A stretch of 64,000 bases of DNA from Carcharhinus amblyrhynchos (taxonomy: Eukaryota), in assembly GCA_965287045.1 (NCBI GenBank), contig OZ336875.1, forward strand, positions 78,182,001 through 78,246,000, read 5' to 3'. A program made the translations under genes and the position numbers. Below are positions 37,613-50,848 of the stretch, one piece after another (position 1 is the first letter of the stretch; every line of letters begins with the position of its first letter). Below the pieces are notes generated by a model. The model saw only the letters and a program-made list of their open reading frames with translations, ran no database searches and had not been told where the DNA came from.

Positions 37613-38259
37613 GGGCTAAATTTTCTCCACTGAGATGGGTAACAGGACTTGGGATTGTTTTCAGATCCTGAACCCAACCCTAGTGGGAAACTGCTTAAAC
37701 TCAAGACTTTCATGTGGATAACCTCTTTTGAATTAAGGGTAGGTTTTCTAAACTGGAGGGCCAATCAAAGCATTTCAACTTCAGAGAAGCAGGCAGCTGC
37801 AATAGAGGGTAGGTAACTGAAAGGTCACGTCATCAAAAAGATGCCTTTGTAGCCGCTTTTGAAATCTTTCATTAAAATATACACAGGGCAACCAGGCCAC
37901 CACTGTATGTGGGGGAGATGGAGGATCCTCGACAGAGTGGCATTTGGCTGTACCCTCAATCATGAGCCAGAAAGGGCATGTAGGCCAGCTAGGAGAGTGC
38001 CCAACCCACACTGCCACTGGTATCCACCTCCAGGTTGTTTGTCTGCATGTCAGGATATTGGAGATCAACTGGAAAACCTCCGCAGGCTCCATTGCCAAGG
38101 ATGTCAGTGATCCTAATTACCTGTCTGCCTCAAGGGCATCCTTTCCAAGCCCAGAATCTGAAATGAACAATATCAGGAAACAAGCACATTGTCCGGCCTT
38201 ATAATTCTGGCCTAGTCTGCATCTGTTCCTGATATCAGCAGGACCTGAAAATTTAGCCC
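37613..38259. mobile_element. Complete MITE with perfect 13-bp TIR and CTG TSD
   Basis: CTG-GGGCTAAATTTTC...GAAAATTTAGCCC-CTG. Confidence 0.85.
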
Positions 38260-39127
38260 CTGAACAGGTCAAAAGTAGACTGTTCAGGTATAAATGTTCA
38301 GGTGAGAATTTGGTGACAAATCCCACCAATCATGAGGTTTTTCACGTCATAACATGACAAGCTTGGCACAGTGAAGTACAATTATAATGGCTAGAAAACA
38401 CAGCAATATTACACCATTATGTGTTTAGCGATTATACATCACTTATTGCGAATTAAACAGGGAAATGAATGGTAAATAATAATTATTCAGAAGTACAATC
38501 ATACTTGTTATGTTTGGACCTTCGTGAAGGGAGCCAAATGTCTGCTAACTTCTTATTTCTCATAAAGTGATACACGACTTCTAACCAGTAAACTGTGCAC
38601 TTCAGGAAAATAATGCATTTGCTCTGTTGTATAAAAAAAGTATACTGTTTAATTTAAACAATTTACAGGAGTCCAGGAAGAATGTGACAGCAGCTTGAAT
38701 GGAGAAACTTAAATATTTAATGCATTCAGTGTGGCAGTACCAATAAATGAAATAAAACCAAGAAAAAGACAGTTCCCCAACCTCTTGTGTCGCATTTAGT
38801 ACTTATTGTGTTTATGCAATGGAGTGAAAAAGTGTCCATTAAAATTCATTGCTAGATTCGCTGACGATCAATAAAGCTGTCAGCTCTCCCTTCACAAGCT
38901 GATCCTTATCAGCTCTGCCTGCCTGTAAATTCCAAGCCTGAGTTGTTTGCGTGAAATGAGACCCTGACAGGGGAGAGATGGGCTGGGTGTGAGACAAGAA
39001 GAACATTTGGCTACTATGCACTGCTATTATCCTTCTTGTTGAGAACATTCACATTGGATCTGGGAGCTGTGTTTTATCTTCTATGCCTGATGACTGGCGA
39101 GCAGTCATCCAGTTGATTTTATCTGGG

Positions 39128-39620
39128 CTGGGTGCTCAGGTGGCAATCTCAGAAAATCTTGTCACTTTAAAGAGCTCTCCTGCCAGCGCAACTGATTTGA
39201 TTCAAATATTCCAAATGTTTAAGGTCATGATTTTCTTTTTGAATTCATTTAAATGATTCTGCTCTGTTTATTTTGTCAGTTTCTATTTTTTATATTTTGT
39301 TACACATTTCAGGCTGCAGGCTCTACCTTGTTATATAACAAAGCATTCAGGCTTTGATGGCGTGTGCAGTGAATTTGAAGGGCATTACACATATTGCTGT
39401 TACACTAACTTCAAGATCTGGGTGACCAACAATACCTTTATCTACACTGTTATGGACAGGAGAGAAAGGCAAACTGAAATCCTCTATTTTTGACTCACCA
39501 TCTGTCCATAGGCAGAGGTGTTTTAAGTTTTTGAAATAGACTGCGGTATATTGCCCCAAACTGTGTTTGTGAATTCAATTTTGAAGTGACTCATAGCAAA
39601 CTCACTTTAGGGTTAAATCA
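39128..39620 (+). pseudogene. Decayed three-exon gene resembling the P2X7 C-terminal ballast (KolX/nanor-like) domain
   Basis: Collinear motifs CSGGNLRKSCHFKELSC (39133-39183), CYITKHSGFDGVC (39329-39367) and LRYIA/PNCV (39541-39567). Candidate GT-AG intron 39224-39312 and an AG acceptor at 39538-39539. Confidence 0.5.
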
Positions 39621-39622
39621 GG

Positions 39623-40630
39623 TGTCATGAATATATCAGCAGATCTAAAGTCACCAGCATTTCAAAAGGTATTTTACAGAATGTGAATCCCAATGATGAG
39701 ATTAGCAGTTATAGGCAGCCTAAAACAAGTACATTGTCCTGCCATGAGAAAATATTTTGGGTTAGACGATAGTATCATTCAGTGAAGACATACACATGTC
39801 AATGTTAGAACTACCAGAGAGAATCTTCAAAGGGAAACAATGATATAATTGGCAACTGTTTTGTGGAAGCAGGAAGCAGCATCCATCGAGCAACCTGAGG
39901 TGCAGAGTCTAGCTAGCAGTCTCTAAACCAGTGCTGGTTAGCAAACCAGAAGCAAGAGTGCAGAGAACCTTGGTAGAGACAATTAAAACTCATATCTTTG
40001 CTGAACCAAGAAGACACGTTCCCCAGAATTGTAGACAGGATGGTAACTATAAGCAGGCCTTTACATATACATGTATTAGATTGTATGTTGTGTGGGCAGA
40101 GCCAAGTCCTGAAAGAGTGTGGGTGTATTTAATAGTCTTTCACGTAATTGTCCATTTCACGTAATAGACAAGCACACAAAAAGGGGACAGAAAAGAAAAG
40201 AGTTTTGCAACTAGAAGTAACCTAGAACAAAAAAATGGAGATAGGAATATTAATTCACCTGAATGTTAGAGTTCAGAATGTTAGAGCCCAGTGACGCCTC
40301 CTTCACGTTGGAGTTAAAAGTTCAGGCAGATTTAGCTAGCTGAAAGTAGGAGTTAAAGATTTCCTTTGAGTTGGTTATGGCACATCATGGTGATGTTGGT
40401 ACATAGAGATTGCTGTACAGGGGATGGAAGGAATCTACGAAAGAACCAGGGTTTTGAGAAGGTTTAGACTTGAGGCAGGCTTTGCTGTCAGCCTGGAACC
40501 CTGCTTTGGTATTGACAAGCTAGATATTAATAGTTGAATGCCCTTGGAGTTCAGGAATGTAACGTTAAAACTTCTCAAAAGCTGGAAGAGCTTAGATCAT
40601 ATGATGTTGCCCATTGATGAGTCAGCTTCA
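39623..40630. mobile_element. Possible LTR-like insertion
   Basis: Starts TGTCATGAAT, non-coding, abrupt compositional change. Right end not identified. Confidence 0.25.
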
Positions 40631-40650
40631 GGTTAACAATCTATTTCTAT

Positions 40651-40781
40651 GTGCCTGATTTTATGATCTTGCTCGGGCAAGGTTCATAAAATCCCGCCCG
40701 AGGCCAACAGACAATTCTGTTCTGTAAGCCTCGCCCGCCCCGATTCCAGGCGGGGAGGGGTGAGGAGTTAAAATTCCAACC
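40651..40781. mobile_element. Short MITE with TAT TSD
   Basis: TAT-GTGCCTGATTTTA...TAAAATTCCAACC-TAT. Confidence 0.7.
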
Positions 40782-40819
40782 TATGTCTCTGGTCAAGATT
40801 CATTTTTTTACCTTAGGAG

Positions 40820-41127
40820 ATAGAGGGTGGTGTCATGGACATCAGGTTTTGGCTTGTAGTCATTAAGATTAGGGTACTGGGAGGCAGAGGGTATGACAGG
40901 TGTAAGTGGATCCAGTGGGGTTGCAGTGGCAGTGTCATAGGCAGATATATGGTTTCATACGGGTGGTCACAAAAAGTCAGGCTAACAATGGCCTCGAGGT
41001 AGGAATGATCAGGGTCAGAAATGTATCTGCATTTGGACAGTTAAGGGCTCAGGGAGGAGTATAGAAATAAAAATATAAAGTATTATAGGGTCAAGGATAA
41101 TAAGGAGTGGTGCAAGGTGAACTGCAG
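40820..41127 (-). mobile_element. L2-like fragment (copy A)
   Basis: Aligns by eye with 42207-42486. Confidence 0.55.
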
Positions 41128-41929
41128 TTATAATGAGTTTTGATGGCTCTCTCTTTGTTATAAATCCAGGATGGAGAGATAGACTGTCTGCTGCTTCCTT
41201 GTTTCATTGATTGTAATGGATCCATACAACGATAGATGTAAGATTCCACAAAGATAAGGGATGAACTTTGCCTTGTAAATACTGTTGCAAGTTCCCAGAA
41301 CTGTACCCAACTTACAAATCATGTAATCTGTAGCAGCCATCTCTTTGGTCCACCAAAGACTATTGTTAAATAAACAGAGAGCAAGGTTTGATTTAAACAG
41401 TTTTTAATCTCCTTCCTGTCTTATGGACAGGACAATACTCTCCCATGATTACATTGTTTTACTCCTTTGCTCTACTCTGGACTTTTGGAGGCAGCTTCAA
41501 AGAAAGGGAGACCTGGATTTGAATCCTCTGGGCTAGCCACTACTTGCTGGCAGGGGAACCTCATTTAGTGTGAGACCAAAAATCAGTTTCCTGACCATGG
41601 GATAAATGTTTGGAATTCTGTTCATGGAATTTTAAAGGTTAAAGATGGGTGGGTCAAGCTTCAGAATGATCATATTGGAACGCCCTCTTGCATGAATTAG
41701 CTTGTCATGCTAATTCATTCGAAGACCTACCTTGCTGGAATTCAGTTCCCCATTCAAATTAAATTTCCCACCAGGACGAAATTAGAACATTCAATCTTAT
41801 GACCGTATATAACTGGCGTAAGCCTGTTGACGTTGACATTTTCCATCATTAATGGTGAGTTGACACTACATTGTCCACCTTGGACAGGGTCCGCAAAATG
41901 CTAGCCTGCACGTTAGAATGTCTGGTGGC

Positions 41930-42760
41930 AGTGGAGGGTGACCAAAGGATGGAGGAAGGAAGGCAGACTTAGTGGGGAAGAGTGGAGCAGCGACTAGATA
42001 AAGGTGGAAAGGTTAGTGCAGGCTGTGCAGAAAGGGATAGTGCCGTCAGTCTAGGTAGAGGTAATATAGGCTGTCCAGGAGGGATACTGCTGGCATTCTG
42101 GGCAGGGAAAGTGTTGGCTGGCCAGATCAAATGAGGTAGGCTGACCTGCTCAACTGGGCATTTGGTTGAGTGAGAGGCCGTCTGGTGTCAGAAGGAAGCA
42201 TCTAAAGGGTGTCAGGTTTTGGGTTGTAGTCATTAAGATTAGAGTGCTGGGAGGCAGAGGGTATGATGATGGGGTAAGTGGATTCAGTAGAGTAGCAGTG
42301 ACAGTGTCATAGGCAGGCACTCTTTGGTTTAATAGGGGTGGTCACAAAAAGTTAGGCTAACAGTAGCCTCGAAGGTGGGAATGATCAGGATCAGAAATGC
42401 TTGGACAGTTATGGTCTCAGGGAGGAGTGTAGAAATGAAGTATTATATGGTCAAGGATAATAGGGAGTGGTGCAAGAGGAACTGGGAGCGATGAAAGATA
42501 ATGTTGTTGGAGGAAGATGGGCGAGCTTGGTGGATGACAGAGGGAAGGTTGAAGATGCTAGACATTTGTCAATAGGAGATGTGCACCATTGTTTAACTTT
42601 CAATGTCATAATGCAGCTCCATGCTGAGAGTCAGAAGGAGAGTCTTCAGCAGTGGGAAGAATTACTGGTGTGCTTAGTGGGCCACCTAAAGGGTAAGCCT
42701 AATAGTTGTTAGTCAGCTGAATGGAGAACCATACTCTGGTGCATTCTCATCTCAGTTGTC
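41930..42760 (-). mobile_element. L2-like ORF2 remnant (copy B)
   Basis: Purine-rich plus strand typical of antisense L2 ORF2; YADD-like region decayed near 42620. Confidence 0.55.
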
Positions 42761-43799
42761 AAACCTGCAGCGAGTGATGATTGTCCAGGTACACTTTAAT
42801 GAGGGAATGACAGGGATGGCAACCTCCTGTATGCTCCCGCAACAAGATTCACCGTGCTCCACACAGATAGATAGGTAATGAGCTGATCAGCACAAGATCA
42901 TGTGTGGCCTGCCTTCCTGGCACCCCCAGCAGAAATCACTCTGACTTTTGCACCTGCCACCAAACTTAGACTTAAGAATGGAAGATTCCACCTCTGGTCT
43001 TCATATGCACCCGAGAGATAAAGAACGCTGGTAAATGTCCATTAAACAGTTCATGAATTATTGATGAGTTACACATTTGTTTTACATACTGTGTATTGCC
43101 TCATTTTCCCCTCACAATGAAGAATGCTCGTGCTGGGGAATAGCAGCTGTTTGCTGTTTTCCTAAGTGGCCAATCTTCACATTAGGGCTGAGATAATGAA
43201 TGTTGGCAAGCCATAGACTGTTGTTCTTCACTGAACATCCACACTTTCCATCAGGGATCACTGGATTGTGATTAGTAGCCAGGATCTCAAAATCACATTA
43301 TAGGAACAGACAGGGTAAAGTATTCATGCCTATCTAAGCTCATCCATCCAGAAAGATTGCAGCTTCCAAGCAGAGCTGTTTGTTAAATGATTCTAAGATT
43401 TTGTTTGCATTAGTTAACCACCTCTTGAGTGAAGAATTTTGTGACATTAGTCCCAAACTTGCCTTTTAATAATTTGACCTTTTGTTCAACTGTTACCTTG
43501 AGATAATATTAATTTATCACCTTGCTTGCTATTTTAAATCCCTCTAAGAGGATGGTTGCTTCCTTAGCCACATTTTAATGATGAATAAAATAAGTTTTCC
43601 CACATTTTTTGCTAATTTACTCTTCCCAAGCGATCAGATCTTCTCTGCATTAGCTTGATGGCTCAATGCTAAATATTCCCATGTGCCTTTGAAACAATCC
43701 TCAAGCCCCAGAATGCTGTAATCATTTGAATAAGGTACTTCAGATGCGAGTGCCACTACTCTGCCTTATTAGTTCAATGTTCTAATTGCTTTTACGTCA

Positions 43800-44200
43800 T
43801 AACTTTCTCCAGCGTGGAAGCACAGTAAGGCCAAATCAATTGTTTTTGTCCCAACGTAAACTCCATTCCCTCCCTGAACACTCCTGCAGGCTAAACCAGA
43901 ATATTGGCAGATTGGGCCTCTTGTTCAAACCTGAGTTGAGTTATAAACACACACCCTGTCTCCTTGTAGGACCTCTTACTTCAACCTCCACCACATTGCC
44001 TGTCTCCACTCCTACTTTAACTCCTTTACTGTTTAAATGTCTTCTGAATATGTTTTTGTCAGTTGCACACTCAACCACTCTAACATTCTCCTTGCTAACT
44101 ACATCTTTCATTAACTCCTACTTGTCAAAATCTTTGAGATATATATCCCATACATGTCATATCCTAAGTCCAGCCCACCTATCACTCCATTATAACTTAT
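43800..44200 (+). mobile_element. Decayed L2 fragment
   Basis: Collinear with 23700-24100 (CTCTTGTTCAAACCTGAGTTGAG..., CATATC...CCCA...ATCAC). Confidence 0.5.
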
Positions 44201-44204
44201 TTTT

Positions 44205-44410
44205 GGGGGTGATGGTGGTGAAGTGGTAATGTCATTGTACCAGTAATCTCGAGGCCCTGACAAATGCTTTGGGGACATGGGTTCAAATACGACACAGTAA
44301 GAAATCTCACAACACCAGGCTAAAGTCCAACAGGTTTATTTGGTAGCAAACACCTCTAGCTTTTGGGGATTTGCCCCTTCGAGAGGTGAGTGAGGAGTTC
44401 TAATCACAAA
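44205..44410. mobile_element. tRNA-SINE head (+) fused to a Penelope pLTR fragment (-, 44292-44410)
   Basis: GTGGTGAAGTGGTAATGTC...GGGTTCAAAT, then ACACAGTAAGAAATCTCACAACACCAGGCTAAAGTCC. Confidence 0.7.
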
Positions 44411-44414
44411 CTTC

Positions 44415-45770
44415 CTCAAAACTGGGACCAAAACTGTACAGTACTCTAGGTGTAGTCTCACCAATGCCTTCTTTAGATGTAGCAACACTTACTTATGTTT
44501 ATACTTTATTCCTTTAGCTATAAATGCCAAAATTCCATTTGTTTTCCTTAGTACATGCTGTACCTGCATATCAGATTTCTGCAACTCATGCACAAGGATA
44601 TTCAGATCCTTCTGCACTATAAGTCTCTCTCCATTTAGAAAATAAATTGCTTTTCCATTTTTTGGACCAAAATGAATAACCAACCTCACAGTTACCCATG
44701 TTAAACTCCATCTGCCTCATTTTGGCCCACTCAGCGAACCTATCTATAACCATTTGTAAATTTCTTATCTCCTCATTGCAACACACTTATTTTAGCATCA
44801 TCTCCAAATTTGGCCCTAGTGCCTCTAGCTCTGTGTCCAAGTCATTAATATAGATTTTAAATAGTTGGAGCCCAAAGATCGAACACTGTGACACCCCACT
44901 AGTTACATCTTACCAACCAGAAGACCCATTTATCCCACCTCTCTGCCTTCTGTCAGTTGACCAGTCTTCTATTCAAGTTAATACATTACCTTTAACCTCA
45001 TGTGATCTTATCCTGTTATTAACCTTCTATGTGATACCTTATCAAATACCTTTCTGAAGTCCAGATATGTTACATCTACAGGATCCCAATTATCCACTTG
45101 CCATGTTACATCTTCAAAGAACTCCACAAATTAGTCAAACTCGATTCACCCTTCATAAAACCATGCTGACTCTAATGGATTGCACTTTGACTTTCCCAAT
45201 GTCCCATTATTACTTCCTCAATAATAGATTCTAACAATTTCCCAACAACAGATCTTAAACTAACTGGTCAATAATTTCCTACTCTCTGTCTCCCTCCGTT
45301 TTTACTTATGGTCATTACATTAGCATTTTCCCAATCCACTGGAACCTTTCCCACATCCAAGGAATTTTGAAATATTATAATCAATGGATCAATTATCTCT
45401 GCTGCCAATTACTTTAATACCCTAGGATGTAGGCCATTAGGCCCTGAGGACTTGACTGCCTTCAATCGCCATAGTTTGTTGAGTACTCTTTCCCTATTTA
45501 TGATGATTGTTCTAAGTTCCTCCCTTTCTATTACCTGTTACTATTGGGATGGTACTAGTATCCTCCACTGTGAAAACGGATGCAAAACATTGATTTAGCA
45601 TCTCTGCTATTTCTGTGTTCCCCACAATTAACCCCCTGGTCTCCTCCTCCAAGGAACCAACATTCACATTAGCCATTTTTTGCCCTTTTATATACTTGTG
45701 GAAGCTTTTGTTATCCTTTTTTATATTTTGTGCTAGTTTTCTTTCATAATTTACCTTTGCTCTTTTGTTG
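44415..45770 (-). mobile_element. Older CR1 ORF2 remnant
   Basis: NLQMVIDRFAEWAKMRQMEFNMGNCEV and VQHVLRKTNGILAFIAKGIKYK; frameshifted. Confidence 0.9.
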
Positions 45771-45774
45771 TCTG

Positions 45775-45905
45775 GCCTGCCTGCCTACCCGTCTTCTGTG
45801 GCTATGTTTGTGGCTGAATGTCCCTAGAGAGGGAGCATGCATTGTTCACTGGTGTGCTTGAAGCTTTCCATTAACAGTGGGCACTGCAGGGACTGGAGAT
45901 CATTG
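45775..45905 (+). mobile_element. Tx1/L1-type ORF2 C-terminal fragment
   Basis: CLPVFCGYVCG*MSLEREHALFTGVLEAFH*QWALQGLE. Confidence 0.6.
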
Positions 45906-45959
45906 TTGGCTCTGGAGATAACATTTTAATTTAGTTACATAAAAATGGCAACAAGATTC

Positions 45960-48670
45960 AGTATGTTTCCAATAATACATTGTAAAGACAAAAGAGTGAT
46001 TGATTGTGAATAAAGTCATGTAAAAGTGGATAAAGACTGGGCTGGGCAGCAGTTCAATTCTGAACTGAAAAAAGGGAAAATTTGACAATGACAAATTTAG
46101 ACATGTGCTAAAATATAAACATTGTAGTTTCGAATGCTGCAACGTAGTCCCTTCAATAATGAGATTTGTGAAAGAAATTACTTTGTGATTGTGATTCTCC
46201 ATAAGAATTGTAAGCTAACCATTTGCCCTGGCTTGGGCAATCCATGCAAAGAATTCACTTCAAATGGTTGGGACTACAGACTGTATCAGTTGGTCTATGG
46301 GAAAAGTCCTGTGATATGTGATCATCCCCTGGCCTTGGAAAAGACTACAATTAGTTCCATCTTTCCCGCACAGGTGACTGCCCTGCATGCAGGGAGAAAT
46401 GTATTCATCAAGGCAGAGGAAAATTCGGCAAGCCTTATGGTATTGCGAAAGACCATCAGTGATAAACTTTAATCTTTGGGATTTAGTATACTATAAAAGA
46501 GAGGGTCAGAAAAAGTGGAAAGGTCTGGGAAAAAGTGGGTGCGATGGGAAGGCAGTAATTCTTCAACATGGTAGTCAAATTAGGGTACATTCATCTATGT
46601 TATCTGGGTTAGATTATAAACTAGCAGAAGCTGAACAATGAGTAGAAGGTGATGAGGCACCTTATACTTCACATACTCATACTTCTGAGGAGCAGAATAA
46701 AATAAATAAGAAGCTGGATGACAAGAGACAAAGTGATACCACTGCACAGGATAGGGCTATTTTTGCCAAAGGACAACTACTGGAGTTGTAACTGGTTAAC
46801 ATGCATACCAGAAAGATTCAATGAATAGAGGGACACGACCATTGTAGGGAAAGCCACTAACAAATTCAAACTTTGCTTAAGTATTCAATATGATGGTTAA
46901 GTGTCCAAAATGATGGATTTAAGGTAAGGTCTATGGAGTGAAAAAATAAAGCAAAACTGTAGAAAGGTGGAAAACACCTGGCAACAAAACCTAAGTTCAC
47001 GTAGCACTAGTCTAGAAAGATATGGGGCAAGTGGAGGCAGTAGTTTCTATAGAATCAGCACTATAGAACAACTGGGGAATGCCATTCAAAGTATAAGTCT
47101 TCATGATTGGCAAATTTTGGTGGTTACAAACAAATTAGAAAATAAATCAATAAGAGAGACAAGACAAAGAGTTGAATGGTTGAAAAAAAAATTGATGTCT
47201 GTTCTTCACTGCCAGATGAGCATCAGGCAGCGTTTTCATGCTGGTGGATATGTCCCATACTTCCTGATGGTACATATAAGGCTAAAATAACACTCATGGC
47301 TTGGGAATTTGATGAGAGACGTGCTGTTGCCCTGCCCGCAATGGGAATCAGAGTGGGTGAGGGGCAGGCAATGGGAAGGTCTGTTGACCTGAGGTGGAAT
47401 TTTGCAATCTCAGTGAGGCCGCAAAATCCCGCTGATGGTGATAAAAACGTTAGCGCGGAATGGATTCACCCCGCGACAGGAAAAGTGATCATGAAGATTT
47501 TCTTAGCTTTCTTAGCCACTTATTTGTGTGAACATAGGTTGATCTTTACAAAAGCTCCATTTTTTCAGGGTGGAAATTTCAAAGTGAGGTGTTTTTGAAA
47601 CCATCAAAAGAGGTGGTGAAGAAGGAAAACTGTGGAAATTTGAACATATGTGTATATGGATTAAATGATACTTTGATGATATGGTAATTCTTGGTTAGTT
47701 TTGTCTTGTTGAAAGTAAGTTACATTCAGTTGAAAACAGACCCAGGGCTGTTTCAGTCGTATCACAAGAGAAACTCACAGGCATCTTTATTATGTATTTC
47801 AATGATTTTTTTTGGAAGTTTCTCTGGAATTTAAGCAATTTGTTATTAGTAAGATAAAGAGGAATTTAAGGTTTGAAGTCAGGCTTTGAGGGCTTTGAAC
47901 TACATAGGATAAGACATTAATCTAAATAGGTTGGGAGTAACCTTGAATCAATAATATTATTTAAAGTGTAAATGCCTTCTGATAATTTGGGCCAAGTTCT
48001 TATGGAAAGGTGACCAGACAGCCGAAGGAGAAATGGGCAGTTCAGAAATTTGTTTGGACAATTAAGTTGGCTATGCGCTCACACCCAAAGCCTGGTATGA
48101 TGTACTGGAATTTAGTGCTACAGCGGAGGAGGTTCTGAGGGTAAATGAAACATTAAAGGAATTAAATTTGGAGAACTTGGGTTTCCAGCCTTTAGCAACT
48201 TGAAAAATATTGAAGTTAGTCCTTTTTAGTGAAGCTTCTCATGCCAGTCTTCTGGATGGGTATTAGAGTACGGCTGGGCCTATCATGTTTTTTGGTGAAT
48301 GAAAATGAAAAACATTGAAAATTGAACTGGGAGGATGATAAAATAAAAAGGGTTTTAAAAGTATTCTAGCTACAGAAACATTGGAGGTGATGGAAGTAAT
48401 ATATATCACGCTGTACTTACCTAACATTCTGAAGAAAATCCTACACAAGCGGCATTCTGCAAACTGTTAGCCGATTGAATGCTATGTGATTAATGTTCCT
48501 TCAACGGGTTTTATTGAGAAAAGGTTGAAGATTGACCTTGCTGGAATAAAGGAAATTTGGAGAGAAAAGAAATCTCTAAAAGAAAATTGGTTTATGCAAG
48601 TCACAAATTATCAGATTGTTTTACAAAGCTTGCTCTAAGAAATTCTTGGAGATCCTAGATGAGGGTAAGA
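45960..48670 (+). mobile_element. Ty1/Copia (GalEa-like) pol remnant, INT-RT-RNase H
   Basis: KWIKTGLG, AAxSPFNNEICERN (INT); ALHAGRNVFIKAE, YYKREGQKKWKG; YKAK (RT), GIFIMYFNDFFW (HVDD-like); FSEASHASLLDG, EKRLKIDLAGIKE, LSDCFTK (RNase H). INT precedes RT. Short MITE inserted at ~47325-47432. Confidence 0.8.
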
Positions 48671-50848
48671 AATATGGAAGATTTTTTTTTCTCTTAAATC
48701 ACTCTTAATTATGGATTTTCCACCTTATGTTGGAAAATAACCACTTGCATCTATGTTTTATAGTAACATTCACCCTTCCTTGTTGAACCGTTTGGGGAGG
48801 ATACCAGAAAGGTTGGCTTTTCTTCTCAGTTCATTCAAAAAAACAATGTGAATTGAGTGTTTACACAAATTAAACCTCTTACGTAAATCCTCAATATATG
48901 GTAAAAATGGCAATGTAAGTTGAATAAATGAGATCACTTTCCCATCTCAATATGCAGTGCCATTATTAAATTCAATGGCATCACAAATAATGAACCACTA
49001 CAGCCCATCAAGCATCATTAGACATTCAATCCCTGCCTTTGTAATTTCAGATTGATAGCAGGTTTCAAAAATAAATTGAATATCTACTTGAAGAAAAGGA
49101 AAATATTCAAGGCACTAAGGTCCAGGCAGGAGAGTATTACTAATCAGAAATCTCTTTCAAAGAATCGGCTTAGGCAAGATGGGATGACAGATTCCATGAT
49201 TTCTGATATATTTGAATTTTTAAATCCAGCAATATTGAATCCAGTCTTTGTCTTTGTAATCCTTGTAACATGAAATCTACTTGTGGGTATAAAATTTAAC
49301 TGTTGCCATTTTAGTAGCTAGCCTTTTCCCTTCTAATATGCATCCAACTGTCCTGATAGGATTGCTTGAGTTAATATTAAGCATGATTTAACAGGAGAGA
49401 ATGGATGTTCTTTTCTGTTTCACAACTGCATTTTTAAAATTCCATCCTATCCACTAGTTAGTGGAAACAAAAAATAAGCTGTTCTCTTAAATACAAAGTC
49501 ACTTCAGTTTTCCAATGGAATGGTTGTTTTTTTGACAGCTGGGGGTCAGACCAAAGATCAAGTGGACCACAAGTTAAAATAACCTTGTGTAAACTATGTC
49601 ATGCCCCAGTGGGCCTCACAATACTGATTTCCATTCTGAACCATGATGGATGACTTTAATTCCTGAATGGACTAATCACTGATGCATACATATTTATGGG
49701 AAAGTCGTTGTAATTAAAGTACATACCAGATCTGATGCTATCAGCTCACTTTGTGCTTTTTTGAACAATAAAATTACTGTTTGAGGACATTAGGAGATGG
49801 TTTAATCCTCACTGATGATGTTTTTGCTGTACAACTAGCCACAGTAGGGACTTTATTTATCCAAATTGGTTCAGGGTTAGGGGCATAATGTATGATATAC
49901 TGTTGATATTTGAAGTTAAATGGCTGTTGAAAAATACTACAAAAATGCAAAGTGAAAAATGTTCATAGCTTTTTTTGCATTCTATTAGTTGATAACTACA
50001 TACATAAATCTTGCTTCAATTGTGTTTGGAAAGTTGCAGCGAAGTTACCTTTAGACACAAAGCACTATGTGCTCAAGACATTTTTTACCCTATATATTAT
50101 TTATATTTATTGGGATTGGCATATTTTTCTTTTAATTTTCAGTGTATTTGGTAAAATATAAAGCATATACTACTTTCAGTATGCTAAGCATGTGCTTTTA
50201 TATAGTTACTCCTCTAATGAGGGTAGGGAGTGGCATAAACAACGTACAGATTTAAAGGCTATCCATTCCAAAAATATTACAGTGAGGGACTATCATCTTT
50301 CTGAGTACTATGTTAGCCCTTTACCATTCCATTTTTGCCCTTTGTTTCAGAATATTTCTACCACAAGTAAGACAGCTTCTGGGTGAAAGCCAAAATAATA
50401 TTGATTAAGTTCTTACAAAAATAGATTCTGCACCTGGGAACAACATCACACTTAGAAATCTGGACGCCACAAGAACTCTGCGCTCTTTTAGTTATTATTA
50501 TCTAATCTATCCATTCAACTGAAGGCCTAAACTATTGGCACACCTGTGTAAAAGCTATACAGAGCTAGAAAGATTCCTAGCCTTTGAGAAATGTGGATTG
50601 CAATAATGCAACAGTAATGTTTCACTTGCTGTGTACATAATATTGAGGTAAAATATGACCTCAAAGCTCCAAGTATAGAAGTCAGAGATTAGTGTTAAAG
50701 ATAATCTACTAACTGTGAACTAGAGTTTGTTGATCCAGATTTGAATGCTGCTATAAAATATCACGTGAAGTGTACATGGAACTAAGTCTGGTTACATCAT
50801 CATCATTGAATCATAGAAACTTGCGGCTCAGTGGCTATTTAACCTGTT

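Noticed and set aside
41200-41340. Kinase-like YSSGNLQQYLQ on the minus strand
   Set aside because: An in-frame stop lies just upstream and no HRD or DFG motifs follow.
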